DNA of 64,000 nucleotides from an uncultured Rhizobium sp. (GCA_964580715.1 CAZOKU010000002.1:531-64530), one strand, 5' to 3'; shown: positions 1 through 9,676, counted from the stretch's first letter. The notes: generated by a model not told the origin, from the sequence alone. Translations and numbers: made by a program.

Positions 1-1864
1 GCAACCTGCGTGAAAAATCTTTTGCGTCTTTGATTGGCTCATCTTCAATGATACAAGCCAAATCAAACAAAGTTTTAACAACATCCGTCGCCTCTTCTTT
101 CTTTGCTTCATCTAAACATTTTTCTTTTAAAGATTTAACAATTTTATTATTCGGATTGATTTCAAAAATTTTTGCCGATGCAGCTTGAATCTGTTTTTGC
201 TCAAGCAAAAATCTTTCTAAACGAATGTCCATTGAGTTTGAATCAACCGCTAAACAAGCTGGGCTGTCCGTCAATTTTTTTGAAATTCTTGCATCAGCAA
301 TTTTATCGCCCAAAACTTCTTTAATAAATTTTAAAACGCCTTCAAAATCGCTGCTGGTGACATCTTTTATCTCTTCTTTTTTGCTTTCTTCAGTTTTTTC
401 ATCCAATTTTTTATCAATTTGTTCTAAATCAACATCATGACGATTGATTGATTGAAATTCCTTGTCTTTGTAAGGCAACGCAACTGTAACCCAAAATTCA
501 TCAACCGCATCAGTTAAAAACAAAACCTCAACATCTTTTTTCAAGAAAATTTCTAACTGTGGCGAAGATTTTATTTTTTCAACTGATTCACCAGTCAAGA
601 AATAAATTTTGTCCTGACCAATTTTTACGCGGTCTAAATATTCAGCAAGCGAAATCAATTTTCCTCCAGACTTAGAAGAATGAAAACGACAAATTTCTAA
701 AATTTTTTCTCTAAAATCAGAAGATTCACAAAGCCCTTCTTTTAAAACTGCACCAAAATTTTCCCAAAATTTTAAATATTCTTCCTCGCTTTCATTGGCC
801 TTCTTCTTCAGCTCTGACAACACTTTATTCACCACTGATTTTCTGATTTTTTCTAAGATCAAATTATGCTGCAAAGTTTCGCGACTGATGTTGAGCGGCA
901 AATCATCAGAATCAATAAGGCCGCGCAAAAAGCGCATGCAAGTTGGCACCAAATTTAAATCTTCTGAAATAAAAACTTTTTTTACATAAAGCTTCACTGA
1001 AGTTCTGCGATCTGGATGAAACAAATCAAACGGCTTGCTTGAAGGAATAAAAAGTAAATTTGTATAGCTCACCAAACCTTCTGCTTTATTGTGCAAAACC
1101 ATGTAAGGCTCGCCTGGCAAATGTGAAAGATGCTTGTAAAAATTTTGATATTGTTCTGCCGTAATTTCCTCTTTCGGCTTAGTCCAAAGCGCCGAGGCAG
1201 AATTTAAAACTTCAATTTTTGCACCAGCTTCTAGAGTTTCTGGCACAAATTCAATTTTAAAATTAATGTGATCAGAATAAGTTTGAACTATATGCTTGAT
1301 GTGAAAGCGGTCTAGGAAGTTATCCGCGTCATCTTTAAGATGTAAAATTATTTTTGTGCCATGCGTTATTTTTTCATCCGCTTCAGAAATGCTAAATTCG
1401 CCAGCGCCCGCAGATTCCCATTTCCAAACTTTATCATCATCAAATTTTCGTGAAAATACTTCCACTTTATTTGCGATCATAAAACTAGAATAAAAACCAA
1501 CGCCAAATTGCCCAATCAGCTGCACATCTTTTTGCTTGTCACCAGTAAGCGACTTTAAAAATCCTTCAGTTCCCGAGCGCGCAATTGTGCCTAAATTATT
1601 GATTAAATCTTCACGATTCATGCCAATTCCATTGTCCGTAATGATCAGCAACTTTTTTGCCTTATCAACGGTAATCGAAATTTTTAATTCATCTTTTGCC
1701 AAATCTGGATTTTGCACCGAAAGATAGCGCAATTTATCACAAGCATCAGAAGCATTAGAAATCAACTCTCGCAAAGCCACATCACGATTTGTGTAAAGCG
1801 AATTAATCATTAAATTGAGAATTTTTCCAACCTCAACATCAAAATTAAATTTTTGTTCTGTCAT
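1..1864 (-). CDS. htpG: Molecular chaperone HtpG (Hsp90 family); C-terminal end runs off the window
   Basis: Absent from the ORF track because there is no stop in the window. The reverse complement from the ATG at 1864-1862 reads MTEQKFNFDVEVGKILNLMINSLYTNRDVALRELISNASDACDKLRY...ITDNGIGMNREDL...GQFGVGFYSSFMI, which are Hsp90 GHKL ATPase motifs. The frame stays open to base 1 (...IIEDEPIKDAKDFSRRL). Confidence 0.9.
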   Translation of the reverse strand, partial: MTEQKFNFDVEVGKILNLMINSLYTNRDVALRELISNASDACDKLRYLSVQNPDLAKDELKISITVDKAKKLLIITDNGIGMNREDLINNLGTIARSGTEGFLKSLTGDKQKDVQLIGQFGVGFYSSFMIANKVEVFSRKFDDDKVWKWESAGAGEFSISEADEKITHGTKIILHLKDDADNFLDRFHIKHIVQTYSDHINFKIEFVPETLEAGAKIEVLNSASALWTKPKEEITAEQYQNFYKHLSHLPGEPYMVLHNKAEGLVSYTNLLFIPSSKPFDLFHPDRRTSVKLYVKKVFISEDLNLVPTCMRFLRGLIDSDDLPLNISRETLQHNLILEKIRKSVVNKVLSELKKKANESEEEYLKFWENFGAVLKEGLCESSDFREKILEICRFHSSKSGGKLISLAEYLDRVKIGQDKIYFLTGESVEKIKSSPQLEIFLKKDVEVLFLTDAVDEFWVTVALPYKDKEFQSINRHDVDLEQIDKKLDEKTEESKKEEIKDVTSSDFEGVLKFIKEVLGDKIADARISKKLTDSPACLAVDSNSMDIRLERFLLEQKQIQAASAKIFEINPNNKIVKSLKEKCLDEAKKEEATDVVKTLFDLACIIEDEPIKDAKDFSRRL

Positions 1865-1922
1865 AAATATTTTTTTATTTTTAAGTGATTAACTTTCGTA
1901 ATGTTTCATTAATAAGCGAAGA

Positions 1923-2094
1923 CCCCTCACCCTAACCCTCTCCCCGCTCGCGAGGAGAGAGGACGCGTGTATAAAGCCTTATCATTACACCCTTCTCCTC
2001 ACTCTCAAAGAGAAGGGATATTGGTTTTAGAGATAGAATCTTATTCACGGGTATCCCCTCTCCCCGCAAGCGGGGAGAGGGTTAGGGTGAGGGG
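1923..2094. repeat. Composite palindromic element (family C), about 172 bp, with 25-bp terminal inverted repeats and three internal hairpins
   Basis: Left end CCCCTCACCCTAACCCTCTCCCCGC (1923-1947) is the exact reverse complement of right end GCGGGGAGAGGGTTAGGGTGAGGGG (2070-2094). Internal hairpins are CCTCTCC..GGAGAGG (about 1935-1962), CCCTTCTC..GAGAAGGG (1990-2017) and CCCTCTCCCCGCAAGCGGGGAGAGGG (2055-2081). The element lies between lipB and htpG. Confidence 0.85.
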
Positions 2095-2153
2095 CTTTTA
2101 TCTATTAATTGAAACATTATATTAATTTTAAATATTATCTAAACTATATAATT

Positions 2154-2792
2154 TCAAGACCCCAACTTTTTAAACTTCCCAACAATCACTTCTTCCAACT
2201 CAATATCCTTTCTACCAACAACCTCAGCAATCGAAGTCACCCCAAACTCCTTAATTCCGCAAGGCACAATCTTTTCAAAACCCGACAAATCAGGATCCAC
2301 ATTAATCGCAATGCCATGATAAGAAACCCATTTTTTTATCTTAATTCCAAGTGCTGCAATTTTTTTCTCTAAACCATCATGATTAACCCAAATTCCAACT
2401 CTGCCCTTTCTGATTTCTCCTCTAATTCCAAACTCCGCTAAAATTTCAATCACCCAATTTTCCAAAAACTCAACAAAACGCGCAACATCAGGCGCTTCTG
2501 GTGCAAAAAATTTTTTTAAATCAAGCATCACATAAACAATTTTCATGCCCGGCGCGTGATAAGTATATTTCCCGCCACGATTAGTTTTAAAAACTGGAAT
2601 ATCGGTTTCCCCAAGCAAATCCTCATCTTTCGCGCTAACTCCTGCAGTATAAACTGGATGATGTTCCAAAATCCAAATCAGCTGTTTTTCCTTGCCACTT
2701 ATAATGCCATCAACCCGCTGCTGCATAAATTCCACAGCATCTTGAAAAGAAACTAATTCTTTACTGATTTTAAATTCAATATTATCAAGCAT
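2154..2792 (-). CDS. lipB: Octanoyltransferase (lipoyl(octanoyl) transferase) LipB
   Basis: 212 aa. Motifs EHHPVYTAG, NRGGKYTYHAPGM and KKIAALGIKI..WVSYHGIAINV are typical of LipB. Confidence 0.85.
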   Translation of the reverse strand: MLDNIEFKISKELVSFQDAVEFMQQRVDGIISGKEKQLIWILEHHPVYTAGVSAKDEDLLGETDIPVFKTNRGGKYTYHAPGMKIVYVMLDLKKFFAPEAPDVARFVEFLENWVIEILAEFGIRGEIRKGRVGIWVNHDGLEKKIAALGIKIKKWVSYHGIAINVDPDLSGFEKIVPCGIKEFGVTSIAEVVGRKDIELEEVIVGKFKKLGS

Positions 2793-2850
2793 TGAGGAAT
2801 AAAAAAAATTAAACTAAGGTTTGTTTTTTATTTAAATTAACATTTAAAAC

Positions 2851-3480
2851 ATGATCGGTAAATTACGCGGTTTTATTGATTCAGTCAATGACGATAAAGC
2901 AATAATTGACGTTTCTGGCGTGGGCTATGTGGTTTTTATCGCCAAAAAAACTGCAGATTTTTTAAAACAATTCCCCAAAGAAAAAGAAGTTTCTCTAACC
3001 ATTGAAACCATTGTTAAAGAAGACTCAATCGAGCTTTATGGCTTTGGATCAGAAATTGAAAAAATCTGGTTTCTAGAACTAACCAAAGTGCAAGGAGTTG
3101 GCGCAAAAATGGCGCAAAAAATTCTCAGCGCCTTTACAATTTCTGACCTCGCCAAAGCTTTAATTTCTTCTGACATTAAAGCTTTTTCACAAATTTCAGG
3201 AATTGGCCCAAAACTTGCCAGTCGCCTTACAACCGAGCTTAAAGACAGTCCAAAGAAACTGGGAATTGATGTTGGAATCAACATTGATAAAGCATCAGAT
3301 TTTTCTAAACTCACAAACAATCACATAGTTTCAGATGCACTTTCCGCCCTTGAAAACCTTGGCTATAAAAAAGCCGATTGCCTAAAAGTGATAAATTTCC
3401 TAATTTCTGAAAATGAAAAAATCACTCTCGAAAGCTTAATCACCTCGTCTTTGCGAGAATTATCTAAAAATCGATTTTAA
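2851..3480 (+). CDS. ruvA: Holliday junction branch migration complex subunit RuvA
   Basis: 209 aa. [12 protein letters not shown]...[11 protein letters not shown]-terminal OB fold, then HhH region [16 protein letters not shown] / [12 protein letters not shown]. It is directly followed by ruvB. Confidence 0.9.
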   Translation: MIGKLRGFIDSVNDDKAIIDVSGVGYVVFIAKKTADFLKQFPKEKEVSLTIETIVKEDSIELYGFGSEIEKIWFLELTKVQGVGAKMAQKILSAFTISDLAKALISSDIKAFSQISGIGPKLASRLTTELKDSPKKLGIDVGINIDKASDFSKLTNNHIVSDALSALENLGYKKADCLKVINFLISENEKITLESLITSSLRELSKNRF

Positions 3481-3485
3481 AACCT

Positions 3486-4484
3486 ATGCCAAAACATGAA
3501 GATCTAAACTCAACCTTAAATCAGGAAGATCCAAGCGAAAAAAGCAACGAAAACATCCTACGTCCGCTTTATTTGCGAGACTTTTTGGGGCAAGAAAAAC
3601 TCAAAGAAAATTTACAAATTTTCATTAATGCTGCAAAAAACCGTAAAGAAGCACTTGACCATGCTTTATTCTACGGCCCTCCCGGCCTTGGAAAAACCAC
3701 TCTTGCGCAAATCATTTCTCACGAAATGGGTGTTGGTTTTAAAGGCACTGCCGGCCCTGTCATTTCTAAGTCTGGTGATTTAGCTGCAATTTTAACCAAT
3801 CTTCAGGCAGGAGACGTTTTATTCATCGATGAAATTCACCGCTTAAACAAAAATGTCGAAGAAGTTTTATATGCCGCAATGGAAGATTTCAAACTCGACA
3901 TCATGATTGGCGAAGGCCCAGCAGCACGCGCCATTAAAATTGACTTGCCAAAATTCACACTAGTTGGCGCAACCACACGCGTTGGATTAATTGCAAACCC
4001 CCTAAAAGACCGCTTTGGCATTCCCCTTCGCATCAATTTTTACAGCCCACAGGAGCTTGAACAAATCATCATTCGTGATGCACGAATTTTAGAAATTGAA
4101 ATTGAAAAAAACGCTGCAGCAGAAATCGCTAAAAGATCGCGCGGAACCCCAAGAATCGCGATTCGCCTGCTCAAACGTGTTCGAGATTTTGCCAGTCATG
4201 CTCAAGAACAAATCATCAGTCAAAAAACTGCTGATCACGCCCTACAGCGCCTTGAAATCGACAATGCTGGCCTTGATGCTTCTGATTATCGCTATCTAAA
4301 ATTTATCGCGATCAACTATCGCGGAGGCCCTGTGGGAATTGACACGATTGCTTCAGCAATTGGCGAAGAAAAAGACACTGTCGAAGACACTATTGAACCA
4401 TATTTAATCCAACAAGGCTTCGTTGAAAAAACCCCACGCGGCCGCATTTTAACCGAAACCGCGCTAAAACATCTTGGAATATAA
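3486..4484 (+). CDS. ruvB: Holliday junction DNA helicase RuvB
   Basis: 332 aa. Walker [12 protein letters not shown], Walker [11 protein letters not shown], sensor TLVGATTR and [15 protein letters not shown]. Confidence 0.95.
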   Translation: MPKHEDLNSTLNQEDPSEKSNENILRPLYLRDFLGQEKLKENLQIFINAAKNRKEALDHALFYGPPGLGKTTLAQIISHEMGVGFKGTAGPVISKSGDLAAILTNLQAGDVLFIDEIHRLNKNVEEVLYAAMEDFKLDIMIGEGPAARAIKIDLPKFTLVGATTRVGLIANPLKDRFGIPLRINFYSPQELEQIIIRDARILEIEIEKNAAAEIAKRSRGTPRIAIRLLKRVRDFASHAQEQIISQKTADHALQRLEIDNAGLDASDYRYLKFIAINYRGGPVGIDTIASAIGEEKDTVEDTIEPYLIQQGFVEKTPRGRILTETALKHLGI

Positions 4485-4485
4485 A

Positions 4486-4510
4486 ATGTAAGGTGTAAAA
4501 TGCCTTACAT
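4486..4510. promoter_or_regulatory. 8-bp perfect inverted repeat ATGTAAGG-N9-CCTTACAT between ruvB and the vapB-like gene (terminator or antitoxin operator candidate)
   Basis: Read directly: atgtaaggtgtaaaatgccttacat, 2 nt after the ruvB stop and about 28 nt before the 4538 start. Confidence 0.4.
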
Positions 4511-4537
4511 TATTACTTTACAATTTTACCTTACTTT

Positions 4538-4819
4538 ATGGAAACCACAAATCACACTTACACCAAAACCAGTCTTTATCTGAGAGACGACCTCAAAGAA
4601 AAGATCCACAAGCTTGCTCCTAAACAAAAACAAAGCGATTTTATTAATCAGACCTTAGAAAACACTTTAAAAAATCTTGAAAAAGAAATGATTAAACAAG
4701 AATTGTTGAAAGATTTAAAATCTATTAAAAAAATCAAAAGTAAAACTACAGCAAAACAAACTTTGGAAAAACTTAGAAAACAAAGAGAAAAAGTTTTGCT
4801 AGGCAGATTAAGCAAATAA
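4538..4819 (+). CDS. Putative ribbon-helix-helix antitoxin (VapB-like)
   Basis: 93 aa. The N-terminus KTSLYLRDDLKEKIHKLA..SDFINQTLENTL fits a strand-helix-helix (CopG/RHH) pattern, followed by a charged tail. It lies 22 nt upstream of a PIN-domain gene. Confidence 0.55.
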   Translation: METTNHTYTKTSLYLRDDLKEKIHKLAPKQKQSDFINQTLENTLKNLEKEMIKQELLKDLKSIKKIKSKTTAKQTLEKLRKQREKVLLGRLSK

Positions 4820-4841
4820 AATTAAACCAACATCACAAACC

Positions 4842-5279
4842 ATGACAAAAAAATTTGTAATCGACTCATGCGTCTTTATGAAGCTGTTTCTTGAAGAAGA
4901 TGATGATAAAATAGCAGAAAAACTATTAATAGAAGCTATCAAAAATTATAATCAAATTTACGTTCCAAGTATTTTTATTTACGAAATATCAAATATTGCA
5001 GCAAATAAAAACTTAGACTTAAAACATTTTTTTTCTATTTTAGAAAAATATGAAAAATCCGTTTTAAAAATAATCGAACCTTCTGCTGATTTACTTAAAA
5101 AATCAATTAAAATGGCTAAAAGTGGCAATACAAAATCTGACTATCCTTCTGTTTATGATTGCATTTATCATGTTTTGGCAATTGAAAAAAATTGTGTTTT
5201 TATTACTAGCGATCATAAACATTATGCCAAAGCAAAAAAATTTAGTTTTATTAAACTATTAAAAGACTATGGAAAATAA
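4842..5279 (+). CDS. vapC: PIN-domain ribonuclease toxin (VapC-like)
   Basis: 145 aa. N-terminal FVIDSCVF (acidic residue 1), LFLEEDD, and C-terminal FITSDHKHY (the TSD acidic residue) are typical of the PIN fold. Size and pairing with a small upstream gene fit a type II TA module. Confidence 0.65.
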   Translation: MTKKFVIDSCVFMKLFLEEDDDKIAEKLLIEAIKNYNQIYVPSIFIYEISNIAANKNLDLKHFFSILEKYEKSVLKIIEPSADLLKKSIKMAKSGNTKSDYPSVYDCIYHVLAIEKNCVFITSDHKHYAKAKKFSFIKLLKDYGK

Positions 5280-6486
5280 AAAAATTCTTCTAATCATCAC
5301 TGGCTCAATTGCCGCTTACAAATCAATGGATTTAATCCGTTTGCTTACGAAGAAAAATTATGACATCACCTGCATTTTAACCAAAGCAGCACAAGAATTT
5401 ATCACGCCCCTTCTTGCTTCAAGCCTTTCTGGCAACAAAACTTACACCGAGCTTTTTTCAGCTGATGAAGAACAAGAAATGGGGCATATCAACCTTTCGC
5501 GTCAAGCTGATTTAATTGTTGTTGCTCCAGCTTCTGCAGATTTTATCGCTAAAATGGCCAATGGTTATGCTGATGATCTGGCTTCTTCTGTAATTTTAGC
5601 CGCCAATAAAACAATATTTGTAGCCCCAGCAATGAATGAAAAAATGTGGGATAATAATAGCACTCAGCAACATCTAAAACAGCTCTTAGAAGCAGAAATA
5701 TCAATCATCCAGCCCGAAACCGACATTCTTGCTTGCGGCGAATTTGGCAAAGGAAAAATGTCTGCACCAGAAAAAATTTGCGAAGAAATTTGTAATTTTT
5801 TTGCGAATCAAAATTTGCTTGCTGGTAAAAAAATTCTTCTAACAGGTGGTGCAACCCTTGAGCCAATTGACCCTGTGCGTTTCATTGGCAATCACTCTTC
5901 TGGAAAACAAGCAATTGAAATTGCGAAAGCATTAAATGACATGGGCGCTGACGTAACTTTCATTGCTGGAAATATCAAAGAAGAAATTCCTTTAAAATCA
6001 GAAAAAATAATTCGCATCAAAACCGCTGAAGAAATGTTTTTAGCCGTTCAAAAAAATCTCGCAAATAACGATATATTCATTGCCTGCGCTGCAGTTGCTG
6101 ATTTCAAAGTTAAAAATTTTTCTGAAGATAAAATAAAAAAAACCACCAGCGACAGCATGACTTTAGATTTAGTAAAAAACCCTGATATTCTTGACTTTGT
6201 GGGGCACAATCAAAACCGCCCTGCCCTTGTCATCGGCTTTGCTGCAGAAGGAAAAGATTTAATTAAAAATGCTCAAGAAAAATTACAGAAAAAAAACTGC
6301 GATCTCATAGTTGCAAACGACATCAACGACGGAAAAATCTTCGGCGCAAACACAACTCGCGCTTATTTCGTTGAAAAAAACCAAATCAGCGATTGTCACG
6401 AAACTTCTAAAACAGAATTAGCCAAACTATTAGCCAAAAAAATTACCGAAAAGGTGTCAGACACTTTTACATCAAAAAGTGTCTGA
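5269..6486 (+). CDS. coaBC: Bifunctional phosphopantothenoylcysteine decarboxylase / phosphopantothenate-cysteine ligase CoaBC (Dfp)
   Basis: 405 aa. N-terminal flavoprotein motif ILLIITGSIAAYK, PAMNEKMW, and the C-terminal CoaB half GGATLEPIDPVRFIGNHSSGKQ and AAVADF. The last 11 aa (KVSDTFTSKSV) are encoded by the family-B palindrome. Confidence 0.9.
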   Translation: MENKKILLIITGSIAAYKSMDLIRLLTKKNYDITCILTKAAQEFITPLLASSLSGNKTYTELFSADEEQEMGHINLSRQADLIVVAPASADFIAKMANGYADDLASSVILAANKTIFVAPAMNEKMWDNNSTQQHLKQLLEAEISIIQPETDILACGEFGKGKMSAPEKICEEICNFFANQNLLAGKKILLTGGATLEPIDPVRFIGNHSSGKQAIEIAKALNDMGADVTFIAGNIKEEIPLKSEKIIRIKTAEEMFLAVQKNLANNDIFIACAAVADFKVKNFSEDKIKKTTSDSMTLDLVKNPDILDFVGHNQNRPALVIGFAAEGKDLIKNAQEKLQKKNCDLIVANDINDGKIFGANTTRAYFVEKNQISDCHETSKTELAKLLAKKITEKVSDTFTSKSV

Positions 6487-6494
6487 CACCTTTT
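6448..6494. terminator. Family-B palindrome (GAAAAGGTGTCAGACAC..GTGTCTGACACCTTTT) forming a bidirectional terminator-like hairpin between the convergent coaBC and pepP genes
   Basis: gaaaaggtgtcagacacttttacatcaaaaagtgtctgacacctttt: 17-18 bp arms, an A-run on one side and a T-run on the other. It overlaps the stop codons of both convergent genes. Confidence 0.75.
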
Positions 6495-8154
6495 AAAATT
6501 TACGCTGATATTCCGCCAACCATTTTTTTTCAGGATAAGTTAACATCGAAAAATCAATCAACCTTTCATCAAGCGGAACTAAAGTGAGGGTTTTGAAGCA
6601 CAAAAATTTCTCATTAAATTCTTCAACCAACATTAAATTTTCAATACGAATTCCATATTCCCCCTCTTTATAAAATCCCGGTTCGTTAGAAATTATCATT
6701 CCAGGTAAAAGCTCTTGATGCGCTCTGCGGCTTATTCCACATGGCCCTTCATGAACTGACAAAAAACTTCCAACGCCGTGCCCAGTTCCGTGATCATAAT
6801 CTTTTCCAACATTCCACAAATGAAAACGCGCTAAAGCGTCAAGCTGTCCGCCAGTTGTGCCTCGCGGAAATTTGGCGCGCGCCAAAGCGATGTGGCCCTT
6901 TAAAACTCGCGTAAAATTCTCCATCATTTCTTCAGTTGGATTTCCAACCGCAACAGTGCGCGTTACATCCGTAGTGCCAATAAAATCGCCACAATATTGC
7001 CCACCCGAATCAATCAAATAAAGCGAGTCTCCTTCAATTTTTTTATTAGTTTTTTTGCTAGCATGATAATGAATCACCGCACCATTATCCGCAAAGCTTG
7101 AGATTGTATTAAAACTTGGATATAAAAAATTTTTACTTTCTTTGCGAAATTCCAAAATTTTTTCTTCCGCCTTAATTTCATCAACTTCTTCACCATTTTT
7201 TAGCGCATTTTCAAGCCACAATAAAAACTTAGAAACCGCCGCGCCGTCTTCTTCATGTGCTTTGATCATACCAGAAACTTCTGTTTGATTTTTACACGCT
7301 TTTAACAAATTAATCGGATCAGTTTTAGCAATTATTTCAAAATTATTTTTTTCTAAAATCTCGTAAAGCCAATAGTTTGTTGATTCCAAATCAATCTGAA
7401 TTTTTTTTACTGATTTTTTTAAAACCGCAATTCTTAAATCAAAACAATCATTTTGCACAAAATTAACTTGCGGCAAATTTATTCCAGCAAATCTTTTTTC
7501 ATCAACAAATAATTCAACTTCACCATTTTTAAATAAAATTGCGTAAGCCAAAAGAAGCGGCGTAAATTCAATGTCAAAAGCCCTAATATTCAACAACCAA
7601 CATAAATTTTCTGGCTTAGTTATTATCATTGCATCAGCATCAAAATTTTTCAAAACTTGATTTCTTTTAAAAATCGAATCAGCACCTGTCAATTTTTCAT
7701 CTAAGGCAAAAACCTTAGATGCTGTAGCATTTGGCACGTCATGCCAGATCTCATCAACTAAATTTTTTTCACAAAAAACTTTTTCTGCAGCAATTTTTTT
7801 AACAAAATTCACATTCACCAATTTTGGATCAAGTGCAATTTTTTCATCTTTTTTTATATTATCCGAAATCCATGATAACACTGGCTTTTCAGCAATATTA
7901 AAAATTTCAAATTCTGCTAAATCAATTTCATTTTGCGCCTGTAAAATATATCTTCCATCAGTAAAAAAATATGATTTATTTTGGCCAAAAATCACATAAG
8001 CATTAGAGCCAGTAAATCCTGTGACATATTGAATTCTCTTTTTATTTTCTGGTAAATATTCCGAAAAAAATTCATCCGAATTAGGCAAAAAGAAATAATC
8101 AATTTTTTGCTCTTTTAACAGCTTTTTAAGCTCTTTTAATCTGAAATTTTTCAT
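6493..8154 (-). CDS. pepP: Xaa-Pro aminopeptidase (M24B, aminopeptidase P family)
   Basis: 553 aa. M24 metal-ligand motifs LIDSGGQY, DVTRT, HGTGHGVG, NEPGFY and GIRIEN. Confidence 0.85.
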   Translation of the reverse strand: MKNFRLKELKKLLKEQKIDYFFLPNSDEFFSEYLPENKKRIQYVTGFTGSNAYVIFGQNKSYFFTDGRYILQAQNEIDLAEFEIFNIAEKPVLSWISDNIKKDEKIALDPKLVNVNFVKKIAAEKVFCEKNLVDEIWHDVPNATASKVFALDEKLTGADSIFKRNQVLKNFDADAMIITKPENLCWLLNIRAFDIEFTPLLLAYAILFKNGEVELFVDEKRFAGINLPQVNFVQNDCFDLRIAVLKKSVKKIQIDLESTNYWLYEILEKNNFEIIAKTDPINLLKACKNQTEVSGMIKAHEEDGAAVSKFLLWLENALKNGEEVDEIKAEEKILEFRKESKNFLYPSFNTISSFADNGAVIHYHASKKTNKKIEGDSLYLIDSGGQYCGDFIGTTDVTRTVAVGNPTEEMMENFTRVLKGHIALARAKFPRGTTGGQLDALARFHLWNVGKDYDHGTGHGVGSFLSVHEGPCGISRRAHQELLPGMIISNEPGFYKEGEYGIRIENLMLVEEFNEKFLCFKTLTLVPLDERLIDFSMLTYPEKKWLAEYQRKF

Positions 8155-8203
8155 TTATAATAAGTTTGAATTTCATTTAAACAGTAACACCAACATTATA
8201 AAT

Positions 8204-9676
8204 ATGACCAAAAAAAAATCAGCATATTCTTGTCAAACTTGTGGCGCCATACATTTTAAATGGTCGGGCAAATGCCCTGATTGTGGCGCTTGGAACAGCA
8301 TGATTGAAGAATTTGAAGAAGGCGGCCAATCACATTTTTCACGAATTTCTGAAGATAAAAAATCTGGAAAAGCAAATAGCAAAACCATTGAATTAGTTGG
8401 TCTAAACGGCGAAGCACAAGAGTTTCCGCGCGTCTACACCGGCATCAAAGAGCTAGATCGCGTGCTTGGCGGTGGCTTAGTTCAAGGCTCTGTAGTTTTA
8501 ATTGGCGGCGACCCTGGAATTGGCAAATCAACTTTATTGCTGCAAACCGCTGATGCTCTGGCTAAAAAGCACAATCAAGTGATTTACATTTCTGGTGAAG
8601 AATCCGTTGATCAAGTGCGCCTTCGTGCCAAAAGGCTTGGCACCACAGCAGATTCCATTCAACTTGGCGCAACCACCAACGTCGCCGAAATTATCAATTC
8701 AATTAAAACTGAAAAAACCAAACATCCTGAGCCAAAAACTAGTCATTCAGAACCGAAAACTAGTCATCCTGAGCCTGTCGAAGGGCCAACCATCGCCATC
8801 ATAGACTCTATCCAAACCATGTTTGTAGAAGATCTCTCTTCAGCACCAGGCACAGTGTCCCAAGTGCGCGCAGCTGCTGGTGAATTAACAATTTTTGCCA
8901 AAAAAAATAACATCACTTTATTAATTGTAAGCCACGTCACTAAAGACGGCCAAATCGCAGGGCCAAAGGTTTTAGAGCACATGGTTGATACGGTTTTATA
9001 TTTCGAAGGCGAAAAAGATTTACATTTTAGAATTTTGCGTGCAATCAAAAATCGCTTTGGTGCAGCCAATGAAATCGGCGTTTTTGAAATGAATGATGTC
9101 GGTCTTTCCGAAGTTTCAAACCCCAGCGAATTATTTTTAACTTCCTATGAACGCGAGACTTCTGGAACCGCAGTTTTTGCAGGAATCGAAGGCACTCGCC
9201 CAATTTTAGCGGAAGTGCAAGCTTTAGTTTCCCCATCTTTCATGCCCACACCAAGACGTGCTGTGGTTGGCTGGGACAGCAACCGCCTTGCCATGATTAT
9301 AGCAGTTTTAAACAATCGTTTTGGCTTAAATTTATTTGATAAAGAAGTTTATCTAAATGTGGTGGGAGGCCTTAAAATCGAAGAAACCGCCGCTGATTTA
9401 GCAGTTGCCTGTGCCTTAATTTCCGCCGCTCGCGACATTGCCCTTCCCTCTAACACCATTGCAATCGGCGAAATTGGCCTCAGCGGAGAAGTTCGCATGG
9501 TTGGCAATCTAGAGGGAAGATTAAAAGAAACCGCCAAGCTTGGATTCAAGAAATGCCTGATTCCCAAAGCCAACGAAAAAAATAAAAATTTCACCAATTT
9601 AAAAAAATCTTTACCTGAATTAGAACTTAATCTAATCTCTCACATCAGAGATTTAGCAAAATTTTTTAAGAAATAA
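8204..9676 (+). CDS. radA: DNA repair protein RadA/Sms, with an in-frame repeat insertion
   Basis: 490 aa. Zinc finger CQTCGAIHFKWSGKCPDCGAWNS, Walker A GGDPGIGKSTLLLQ, the RadA-specific KNRFG motif, and a Lon-like C-terminal domain. Confidence 0.95.
   Translation: MTKKKSAYSCQTCGAIHFKWSGKCPDCGAWNSMIEEFEEGGQSHFSRISEDKKSGKANSKTIELVGLNGEAQEFPRVYTGIKELDRVLGGGLVQGSVVLIGGDPGIGKSTLLLQTADALAKKHNQVIYISGEESVDQVRLRAKRLGTTADSIQLGATTNVAEIINSIKTEKTKHPEPKTSHSEPKTSHPEPVEGPTIAIIDSIQTMFVEDLSSAPGTVSQVRAAAGELTIFAKKNNITLLIVSHVTKDGQIAGPKVLEHMVDTVLYFEGEKDLHFRILRAIKNRFGAANEIGVFEMNDVGLSEVSNPSELFLTSYERETSGTAVFAGIEGTRPILAEVQALVSPSFMPTPRRAVVGWDSNRLAMIIAVLNNRFGLNLFDKEVYLNVVGGLKIEETAADLAVACALISAARDIALPSNTIAIGEIGLSGEVRMVGNLEGRLKETAKLGFKKCLIPKANEKNKNFTNLKKSLPELELNLISHIRDLAKFFKK
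8723..8785 (+). repeat. Three tandem 21-bp units inside radA (the third diverged)
   Basis: catcctgagccaaaaactagt / cattcagaaccgaaaactagt / catcctgagcctgtcgaaggg, encoding HPEPKTS HSEPKTS HPEPVEG just before the Walker B strand IAIIDSIQ. Confidence 0.9.

Noticed and set aside
2109-2372. Plus-strand 87-aa ORF
   Set aside because: It is antisense to lipB, which has clear family motifs.
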